The notes under the pieces are model-generated. The model did no database searches. It saw only the letters and a program-made list of their open reading frames with translations, and was not told the origin of the DNA. A stretch of DNA of 64,000 nucleotides from NCBI GenBank assembly GCA_013265495.1, contig MU058241.1:869249-933248 (forward strand). The letters are read 5' to 3'. This document shows positions 54,696-64,000 of this stretch, in pieces (within the stretch, counting starts at the first letter, position 1; each line of letters opens with the position of its first letter). This DNA is from Vicugna vicugna. Taxonomy: Eukaryota. The translations under genes and the position numbers were made by a program.

Positions 54696-54797
54696 AGACA
54701 TAACATTTAGTACAGGGAGACGCCAAGGACGACCTAAGTGGGGTCGGACTTGGCAGACGGTCCACGCTTACACTAGACGTCACAGGCTGCTCATCAT
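54696..54797 (-). CDS. Candidate internal coding exon (102 nt, phase 1-1) of an unidentified large minus-strand gene; encodes (D)DEQPVTSSVSVDRLPSPTPLRSSLASPCTKCYV
   Basis: Minus strand has the acceptor tttcttatttgatttttcttcag|ATGATGAG and the donor GTCT|gtaagc. Length is a multiple of 3, only one frame is open, the sequence is CpG-retaining and not recognisably a repeat. The larger young L1s lie on +, consistent with the antisense bias of intronic L1s. Confidence 0.6.
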
Positions 54798-55161
54798 CTG
54801 AAGAAAAATCAAATAAGAAAAATTATCTCATGTATATCAAATACCGAAAAACCAAGCAGCAGGGAAGGTCCTCGCACTATTGTTACGAAAACCGTGTGAT
54901 TGTGTTTCTGATTAAGGAAATGCGGGAGACTTGCTACAGAGCTCACTCATGCCAGGGAGCGCATTTCCAGCACGAGATGGGCAGAGAGCGCACTTGATAG
55001 CATCCTGCCTGACTTGTGGCATCTCTGTAAACAACAGGCACATGTTACATTTGTAATCAAACGGATTTTACAGAGGCTCTGTCGTTTACTTTCTGTTCCT
55101 GAACTTACTCAAATTTTCTATTACAATCACCGTGTCACCTTCCTTCAAATACACAGAAATC

Positions 55162-55352
55162 TGTCTCAGCTCAGGCTGCTGTAACACAGTATCATACTCT
55201 GACTGCACGGTTTATACAGAACAGAAATTTGTTTTATCACAGCTCTGGAGGCTGGAAGTCAGGTGAGAGTGCCAGCACAGTCAGGTTCTGGTGAGGGCCC
55301 TCTTCCTCGTTCACAGACATAAGAATCTGGGGTACACAGACATTCAGACCAT
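55162..55352 (-). mobile_element. MLT1A-like MaLR LTR (internally deleted)
   Basis: tgtctcagctcaggctgctgtaacacagtatcata..cacagctctggaggctggaagtc..ggttctggtgagggccctcttcct..cagacattcagaccataaca. Confidence 0.8.
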
Positions 55353-55365
55353 AACACTTAGTCTT

Positions 55366-55488
55366 TTTTTTTCTTTAGGGGGGAGGTAACTAGGTTTCTG
55401 TATTTATTAATGGAGGGACTGCGGATTGAACCTAGGACCTCGTGCAAGCTAAACAGGCACTCTACCACTGAGCTACACCCACCCCACC
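55366..55488 (-). mobile_element. tRNA-derived camelid SINE (Vic-1 type) with perfect 13-bp TSD
   Basis: Antisense SINE: T-tract, ggggaggtaactagg, ggattgaacctaggacctcgtgcaagctaaacaggcactctaccactgagctacaccc. TSD aacacttagtctt at 55353-55365 and 55489-55501. Confidence 0.92.
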
Positions 55489-55929
55489 AACACTTAGTCT
55501 TCAATAAACTTTAGTAACTAAAAGAAGAATCAGTGATTAGAAAAGCTGCCTTTCATACACAGACATTCCTTTAAAATGACTCTTTAGAAGTCACTGTATT
55601 TCTTCATGTTTGGCGGTAGATGACAGACTAGATAAGATGATAATAACTTACATAACAGACAGCTAGACAGACAGACAGAAAAAGAGAGAAGAAGGAAGGA
55701 AGGGAAGGAAGGAGGGAGGAAAAGAAGAAAGAAACGGCCATCCTGGCTTTCTCCCACAAGAAAGCCTCCGACAATAGCTTTTGGGCAAGTGGCTTGTGTA
55801 GGTGGTGATCTCAGGAATCAGGGTAAAGACTGGAAAGAGCTGTGGGTAAGTGGGTTTAATCCTCCCCTGTCTGCTTAGGTCTCTACTACACATAGACTTC
55901 GGGGAGTTCACCTTCTGTAGGAGCATTTA

Positions 55930-56148
55930 CAGTTGCCCATGAACAACACAGGGGTTAAGAGGCGCTGAGCCTCCAGCAGTGGGACATTTTAATAGACTGT
56001 TACAGTCAGCCCTCTGTGTCCACAGTTCCTCCATATCTGTGAGGTTCAACCAATCAGGGATGTCATAGTACTACAGTATTTCCTACTGAGAAAAACCCAC
56101 CAATCAGGGATCACGCATTTCAAACCTGTGTTGTTCAAGGGTCAAGTG
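55930..56148. mobile_element. MER8/Tigger2a-like MITE with TIRs and TA target duplication, nested in an old MLT1-like LTR (~55735-56330)
   Basis: ta|cagttgcccatgaacaacacagg ... cctgtgttgttcaagggtcaagtg|ta. Confidence 0.85.
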
Positions 56149-56699
56149 TATCCAACAGCATCCATGCCCTGTGGACTGTGGGTGGTCCCAGGGGTGTTAA
56201 TCCCCTTCATTTCTGACTAGCAAGTATGCTGAGAGGTTTCTCTGGGGTCCCACAAAGCACAAATCTGAGAAAGGTTCAAAGCAGAAGACACAAGATGAGC
56301 AGTGTGGACTTCTGAAGGGTGATGCTGCCAGGATGAGCCAATCAGACCTGCCCAGAGCTGCTCAGCACAGCAGCCGCTGGGCTCCCAGAGCAGGCAGGCC
56401 AGTGGCTGTCCAAAGGAAGGGTCAGATACCAAAGATGCAGAGTGGACAGTTTCTTGGTTTCAGCTGACAGTGCTGCTGGCATGAAGAGTGCACGTGAAGG
56501 TCATTTCTTCACAATCACGACTCAGAGGAGGAGACTTCCCTGGCAACTGGGAGAGGGCAAAGACCAGGGGCACTTCTGCAAGATCTCCTATGCCATTACT
56601 GCTAAGCTGCGTCTATCAGCAGTAAGAAAACAAAGGGAAAAAAAATGCTTTTTTGGTCATTAAACTTGATAGAAATTTCTATAGTGTAATTGGTCGGCA

Positions 56700-56885
56700 C
56701 CGTAAATGTACTGGTATCAGTACTGTTACAAACAATAAACTTTCACCGACACATCGTAATCACTCAACTTCCATCGTTTACACTAGGGTTCACTCTTAGT
56801 GCTGTATATCCTAAGGGCTCTAACGAACGTATAATGACATGTATCCACCATGAAAGCATCACGCAGAACAGTACCACTGTATTAG
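56700..56885 (-). mobile_element. L1MC-like 3' UTR fragment
   Basis: ccatcgtttacactagggttcactcttagtgctgtatatcct..tataatgacatgtatccaccat. Confidence 0.7.
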
Positions 56886-58350
56886 AGTATCAGCCCCCTT
56901 CACTCTGCTATTTCTTCTGAATGTTATCTCCAAGGTTTTTTTTTTAAAACCATGCTAGATCATAGTCTCCTGAAATGCAAAAGAAGTCAAATTAAATTAT
57001 CCCTTTGTTCCCTGCAAAGATATTATGAATGCATTTGCAAATGGAAAAATCTAACTAATCTATAGAATTTTGAAAAAAAAAACACGGATCAAGTTTCTTA
57101 AATCTCACATTAAGTTATTAAGTATGAGTTCCAGCTCTAGGAAATTCAAAGAAACCACTGTCGTACATTGGCAGTAACCCAGAATTACAGGCCTAACTCA
57201 TCCATCACCGTCTCAGAAGGAAGTTAGCCCATCTCGAGAAAGTGCGTCCAGTCAATTCAATCTAACTTAACGACGGCCAATACTAAAGACACTGTATTCC
57301 CTCCAGGCCTCAAATTATATATCAATCTCTGGATGGATTTGACTGAAAGAGGGAATTAGTTACATGAAAATAGGTAATTTTGCTCCCAGCATGACATTAA
57401 TAACAGGGTTACATGTAGCTGTGGCTAATTGGTTATGCACAGTTAATTCAACTAAAATTCATGGAGTGAACAGTTGTAAGGAAAACGGAAAACAGTAAAA
57501 AAGGAAAAATGGAGACTTTTATTAAAGTACAGTCCTTGCTCTTACAGAACAAAGTCAACGAATAAATAAATATGTATTTCATCCAAGTATGCCGAACTTC
57601 AAATAAAATGCACTGTTTAAAGTGGACGGCTGTAATAAACAGTCTTCACTTAATGTGTACATTTAGCAGGATTTGACAGTTGGGTGCTTCCAGTTAAGAG
57701 GACTAGTGCCAGCTACTAAACTACTGAATAAAAAATCTGCAAGTATGATCCCCAGATGGGTCACTGAACGATCACTGGAATGAAATTACAAAACCCTCTT
57801 GACTTTCTGTCCCGTGGTTGTGCACTGTCTGAACTCCCTTCCATGGTGATGTCTCTGAGGCAAAGCGATTCTGTTTCAGGGAGGATGAACTCATGAGACT
57901 GTAAGTAATCATCAAAACCACTGTAGCGCTCAACTGTTTATTCCAATATCCAGCCAAAGAAAATTATTAAAGAAGCAGTTTTTAAGGCAGGCAGCCCCTC
58001 ACCCTCATTTCTGTGATGCTTATCAAAGATAGAAAAGCACACTGCACAAGTTAGGGTCTGCTGAGTGGGTGAGTGAGTGAGTGAGTGAGATTATCATACA
58101 ACAGGAAACTAGAAAGGCTTTGACAAAAGTTCACAGACTATTGGGAAGTGAAGAGATGGGACTGTCCATTTGTAGCAAGGAATGTCATATATAGACTTAT
58201 ACACCCAAGGGCTAAGACACGAGGAATTTCAGAAGGAGGTCGTGGGCCTCGGCTGAACTTGGTAGATACTCAGGTCATACTGAGGTTAGCAGTGTGTATC
58301 TGATGAAAAAGCGCTGTTCTTTTAGTGTGTGTCTACAACGAGCAACTACC

Positions 58351-58483
58351 CTTGTAGTAACTTACAGTGAAAAACACTATGAAAACGAGTATGTGTGTGT
58401 TCATGTATAACTGAAGCATTGTGCTGTAAACCAGAAATTGACACAACGTTGTAAACTGACTAGACTTCAATAAAAATATATAC
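58351..58483 (+). mobile_element. Very short lineage-specific L1 3' tip with TSD
   Basis: cttgtagtaacttacagtgaaaaac..gaagcattgtgctgtaaaccagaaattgacacaacgttgtaaactgactagacttcaataaaaa. TSD gagcaactacc at 58340-58350 and 58489-58499. Confidence 0.88.
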
Positions 58484-59014
58484 ACAGTGAGCAACTACCA
58501 AGCACCAATTTTGCCTTCATCTCTTCGAGAGAAGTCACTTCTGTAAGAAATGAATTATTCATTTGCTTCCCAAAGATGATAAGCCTGCAAAATATTTGCC
58601 TACTTGTAGAAAAGTTATGATCTGCACAGATTTATCAAAAACTGAAACCAGTGCATGACTGTTTCTGATACATGAACTCTGTCAGCTGATTCTACAGATA
58701 AATGCCCAAGAGAATTTGTTGAAGAAAAAAGCTAGCATGTATTTAATTCCCAGTATCTTAAAAATCAGTCTATTTGTTGAAATTAATTAAGCAAAATATG
58801 CTGTGTACGAAGGCTTTAAATCATTTACAAAATGAAGATGTGTTGCCCTATATATTTCTTGAATCTCTATCAGTAGCTAAGGTTTTTTTCTTTTTTTCCT
58901 AATAAATTTTCATTTCATTGCCATGGCTCATAAAACTCGAATCTTGCCTCCATTTGTAAAATGGATAGAATGCTCTATTGGGAGGCACACACAACACACA
59001 CACACACACACACT

Positions 59015-59662
59015 TTAAATAGACTTGAAGTTGTTTTAGGTTCATAGCAAAACTGAGCAGAAGGTATAAAGATTTCCCATTATACCATGTCCTGACTCAT
59101 ACCCAGCCTCCCCTACTATCCATGACTCCCACCAAAGTGTATTTTTTATAACTAACGAATCTCCACTAACAAATCATTATCACCCAAAGTCCGCAGTTTA
59201 CATCAGGCTTCACCCTCGACGTTGCACGTGCTATGATTTCGACAGACGCCTAACAAACATGTATTTGTCTTACGGCGTCATACAAAGTGGATGCACCACC
59301 CTGATCATCTCCTGTGCTCCATCTGAACATCTCTTCCTCACCCTCAGCCCCTGGCAACCCCTCATCTTTCTGCTGTCTCCATGGTTTTGCCTTTTCTAGA
59401 ATGCCATAGTAGGAATCCTACTACACGCAGACTTTTCAGATTGGCTTCTTCTGCTCAGTAATACGCGTATTAAGATTCCTTCGTATCTTTTCATGGCTCA
59501 GTACCTCCTTTATTTTTAGCAATGAATAATGTTCCATTGGCTGGATGTACCACAGTTTACTCAGCTGTTCCCTACTGAAGGATGGCTCTATAGCTTCCAA
59601 TTTTGGCAATTATGAATAAAGATGCTATCAACATCCATGTGCAGGTTTTTGTGTGGGCATAA
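59015..59662 (-). mobile_element. L1MC1-like 3' end
   Basis: gttttaggttcatagcaaaactgagcagaaggta, cattatcacccaaagtcc, ccttttctagaatg, cttttcagattggcttctt, catccatgtgcaggtttttgtgtgg. Confidence 0.85.
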
Positions 59663-61041
59663 AGCAGAGGTACGAGCCATGAAATCAAAGGATACTATTA
59701 TTTGGGGTTTTCTTGGCAAGAGCTTTGAAGGCACCTACCAAACTCGTAAGTCCAATATCAAAAACACACATAACACACACGTACACAAATATACACAGGG
59801 AAAAACAAAGCAAAAAAGACATACAGAACACTTGGCCTTGCCACATAAACTTGTGTAGTACACACTGGTTTTTATTTCTCCCTAAAGTAACCAGAGTATG
59901 GCTAAGTGCATCTTTTCCTTTCTTTGTACAGCAAACGAAAGCCTGTTGAATTAATACGATTCCCGTTTAGCAGGGTCTGTGTTTGAACTGTTACTATATT
60001 TTGAGGTAAAGCAGATCATTGTGCAACAATTCGACGGACGACTCACTCTGAAATACCTAGCTTTTCTAAAGGCTGACTATAAACCACCCGAGAGTACATT
60101 ATACTGAAAACTGCCCACAACAAAATGATAGATTTTTGTTGCTGTCAGGATAATTCACAACACTGTCCCTTTAGAGCACGGTCAGGTTAATTTTCAAAGC
60201 CAGAAACCACAGGGTCCATTTTACTTTCCCGAGCACAGGAGATCAGAAGAAACTTATCTTCGCTCATCCAAATGACTTAAAAATACCTTCTCTTACAAAT
60301 GGGAAATAGCAGGGGTGGGATAATCTTAAATTGTGAGCAACACACGTCACAGGCATCGAGCCAAAAAAAAAAAAACTTATTTTTTAATACTCATAACTTT
60401 TCCCTGACCTCCCTGAAAGATTTGTAAAATACAATTTTTCATGTACTTTTTTCCCCAAATGTATGTAAAACAAGGAGCTTCGTATCTTTTAAGCATCTCT
60501 TACAGAAAATCATTAGTAATAAAAGAGAGAGCAGCATATTATGGTTTCAATTTAATCTTAGATCTCTGAAATTAACCATGTAAAACTTAAAAGGGGACAT
60601 AAAACAATCACGTCTCAAAAGCAGTGCAAATTTAGAATTTATGAAGAAAACTAATGTAAAGTTAGATTGAATAAATCATTCCATCTGGGTCCTTTTAAGT
60701 AAGTTGAAGCTTTTTTTCTTTTTGTTACTTATTTCTTCCTCCTCTGTCATCACAAGAGAAACTTTCAATTTTGCTATTTCTGGCATCACGTTAATGATCT
60801 GAATGGTATTTGCTGGCATTAAAACTTCTTCAGAAGACAACACAATTAGGAAAAATAATAATGGAAGTTAATAAAAATGGAAGTTTTTTTTCACATCTTA
60901 TGAGAAAAAAATATAATACTTCCATATTTGGTTACTACTTCTAAATCTTCAAGTCAATAATTATAATAAGCTTAAAATGGAAAGCAACCTTTTCCATCCC
61001 CTTCACATCACAGAACAAGTGAAATTTTTTAACACTGATTT

Positions 61042-61198
61042 CCTCAAAATGTATTTTCAGTTTCTTTTCCCTTACAGGTCATTACAAGAAATTGGATATA
61101 GTTTCCTGTGCTTTATAGTAGGTCCTTGTTGGTTTATCTGTTTTATATGTAGCAATATATATCTATTAATCCCAAACTCCTAATCTATCCCTCCCACC
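61042..61198 (-). mobile_element. L1 3' UTR fragment, TSD-flanked, lacking the terminus and poly(A)
   Basis: Antisense ggatatagtttcctgtgctttatagtaggtccttgttggtttatct..cccaaactcctaatctatccctccc. Direct repeats tttaaca(c/t)tgattt at 61028-61041 and 61199-61212. Confidence 0.8.
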
Positions 61199-62749
61199 TT
61201 TAACATTGATTTTTTAACATAAAATGGACCTTTTCAAGGAAAAAAATAATAGGAAATAAAAATAAATAGTTTTAATTATCTGGAAAGGATTTTTACTGTA
61301 GTGTATCTTATTCTCTAATTTTCAGAGCTTTTCCCTCCTCATTCTTTTGGGAAGTTTTTACCTATGAACTCTAAGGCCTTTTGAAACATGATCAATGCTG
61401 ATTTTTTGAGCTGGCCTGGGATAAGACACCGAGGGAGCCATGCCCCAGGTGCAGTTACAGGACACCAAGTTCTGTGTCTTGGGTCTGAATCTGTGTCCTG
61501 TTGAGGAGGACTGACAACAAGTAAGAGAGACCCACCACCCGACCCCCGTACAGAAGACGAGAAGAGCAGACACTGATACAGACAGAAGCCTGAGCGACCA
61601 CAGGAAACTGAGCTTGCTGGTGGTGGCGCCCATGACATGAAACTGACCACGCCCTTCCCTGACCCCAGCACATTCCTGAAACTCTCCTTTATCATCCATT
61701 TTCCTCCGATACGAACTCTTAGCCAATCCCCTTACATAACTGGTGAAAACTCCAACTGTGGTGCCAAAAAACCAGGAAATAAATACCAGTTCTCTTGCTT
61801 AGGATCTGTGTGACCTGTTCAGAACCAGCCCCTGAAGTCTTTGAAGATTAAAGAGATAACTTAAGAAACTGCCTGAAACGGCTTTTGTAAAATGTTGGTC
61901 GAATCCCATGTTCAGAGAAGGGACCTCGCGCACTCAGGGCAGATTTGGGTTTCTACTGCAAGTTGCTGTTATTACCAGATGACAGGGTAGGTATCATTTT
62001 CATTACACAAAAACATGGCTTATTGTTGTACCATGAACTAGGGCGTTTCTTCCAGCACAGCAAAACCAAGCTGATTTTTAGCATCAAGAAAGCACCAGTT
62101 CCGGAAAACGGAATCTTAGGATCCTAGCAAGAGCTCCTTCCTACAATCTTGTTTTCTCAGAAGACCCAGTCATTTTCAACTTCTCCCTAGGACATGAAAC
62201 GCATGGCACAATCACTGCTTTTCATTAATGTCCTTGTCAAATGCCAGAAGACCTCTGGGTAACCGAGAACTACAGTCCAGAAGACCCTTTTCCCCACAAA
62301 CAAAAGGAGGCGATTCAAAAAAGATGTCTGCATTTCCTGATCATTTTTAAATCCAGCCACTTGAGGTTCCCATAAAGCTGCAACAGTAATTTCTCTAAAA
62401 TATTAAGATGTAAAAATCATTTGAGGTGAATATTTTTAACTAACAAAAAATAAATCTTTCCTCTGGAGTCATCCAGAATCCCTACAAAGAGTTTCCTGAC
62501 TTTATCTTCACTAACAATTAATTTCTGAATAACTTTTAACTGGTCATGCAAAGTATTATTACTGAAATTTCTCTGGCCTAGTCTTTGAACCATCATGACC
62601 ATGAAAGTCAATCTTTGGAGGCAAGCTTGAAACTACAAAAGAGCTATAGCTAATCTGGCACCGAAATGGATAAGTGAATGAAGAAAGGGATTTTATTTGA
62701 TGATATTAACTTTGTGAGCAGAAAAGAAGTAACTATGAAATATTTCAAT

Positions 62750-62895
62750 CTGACTCTTGATGACAAAGTCTTAGGCCCCATTTCCTCATCTGTAGAAAAC
62801 AGAAAATAATGGTATTCACTTCACCTGAGATAGTCTATCGGCAAGTATTTCAACAGTGTCTGGGACACATTTTTCAAATGCGTATCAGTTACCTT
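62750..62895 (+). mobile_element. MIR SINE
   Basis: gccccatttcctcatctgtagaaaacagaaaataatggtattcacttca..aacagtgtctgggacaca. Confidence 0.65.
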
Positions 62896-64000
62896 TCTTC
62901 ACGTGACTCATAAGCTGGCTCTGATACCAATCAAAAAACAAACAAATATAAAAGGTTTCAGCATTGTTTAGGGCCAGGATAACATTTCTGGAATACAGGC
63001 ATAGCTTCTTGAAGGGACCACTTTGAAGGAGAACACTGATCTGCATGTGTAAGTTCCGACCGTGGTTTTAACAGTCATCACGTCGGGGAGATGGCATTTC
63101 AGAAGCCTTGTTTATAGACATCAGACTGATTAGTGCTTGCTATTCATGGCATCCAAAGGGAAGGCTTTGAGAGGCCAAGCCTTTCTGCTGTTTCTAATTC
63201 ATATTCCTCTGAAATAGTTTAGGGATGCAAGGTTTAAGAAGGCCACCACAACGAGGAATGCGTTTCCTTCCTGGGAGAAGCTTTGAGCTTTGAAATTGGG
63301 TGTGTGTGGAGACCACGAGTGAGAGAAAAGTCCAGTGTTTCTTGGGATGCTTTTTCTGCTCAGGAGTTAGCACCCGGGACCTGACTGCTGGCAGATTCCT
63401 TCTGGAGGTGGGAATCTGCTGCTGGCATGCTCCGGGGCCCAGGCAAGGAGTGTTTGCCTCACAGCTTGGCTACGCAGTCTCATGACCTTCATGGGAAGAC
63501 CGCTCCCAATCCTTGTAAGCAGTTAAAATCCTTCTAACTCCGAGGAGCAGAGCTTTCCCCACTCTCCACCAGAGCAGTCACACAGCGAGCGTGCACGCTC
63601 TGCGAGCAAGATGCTTCCCACATAACCTGACAACGCGTGTTCTCTTGCCTTATCACTCTGTTTTGTCGAAAATGACACCCACATCACCGAGTACCCCGCT
63701 CAGGCCATCCCATCTACTGCATGAAGGAAAGAAAAACCGTATCGTAAGGGTGTGCTGACGGGACTCCCGAGGCTGTCTCATGAAAGGAGTCTTGCAGCAG
63801 AAGACGGCTGGGAACATGGACACTCACGGGGGTTTAGAAGTTCGAGTCACCAAAGGACTCTGGGTTTAAATGTCCCTACGTGTCAATGTCCCTAAGTGAG
63901 GTGGCTCAGTTGCTTTTTCGTGTGAGATGCTTCTATGACTTATGTGCGTAGCTTTCTGACATTTTAACTTCTTTCCTTGGACAAGCTATAGACAAAGATA

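Noticed and set aside
57880..57900. Plus-strand 21-nt micro-exon candidate (ctgtttcag|GGAGGATGAACTCATGAGACT|gtaagt)
   Set aside because: The pyrimidine tract is short, there is no other plus-strand exon support, and it runs opposite to the inferred host gene.
62417..62611. Protein-looking 64-aa minus-strand ORF
   Set aside because: No recognisable family, no convincing donor site, and flanking frames full of stops.
1..64000. CRISPR arrays, operons or other prokaryotic-type systems
   Set aside because: This is mammalian repeat-rich DNA. The direct repeats seen are two-copy duplications or TSDs, not repeat-spacer arrays.

Overview
Mammalian genomic DNA, most likely from a camelid (camel/alpaca/llama): it has two tRNA-derived Vic-1-type SINEs, cetartiodactyl-style L1 3' ends, and no Alu, Bov, PRE or CAN SINEs that I could see. 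The window reads like a long intronic stretch rich in interspersed repeats (L1, L2, MIR, MaLR/ERV LTRs, hAT and Tigger MITEs). Almost all ORFs in the track are chance or repeat-derived. The best gene evidence is one 102-nt phase 1-1 candidate exon on the minus strand (54696-54797, DDEQPVTSSVSVDRLPSPTPLRSSLASPCTKCYV); I could not name its protein. I found no convincing new biological system. The most interesting signals are mutational or retrotranspositional footprints: a TSD-flanked composite insert inside a 4.5-kb L1 that looks like a 3' transduction with inversion, a 31-bp fold-back hairpin made by a templated insertion, a microhomology-joined duplication at the window start, and a twin-primed mini-L1. 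Repeat family names come from my recall of consensus sequences, and boundaries are approximate unless TSDs or TIRs are quoted.
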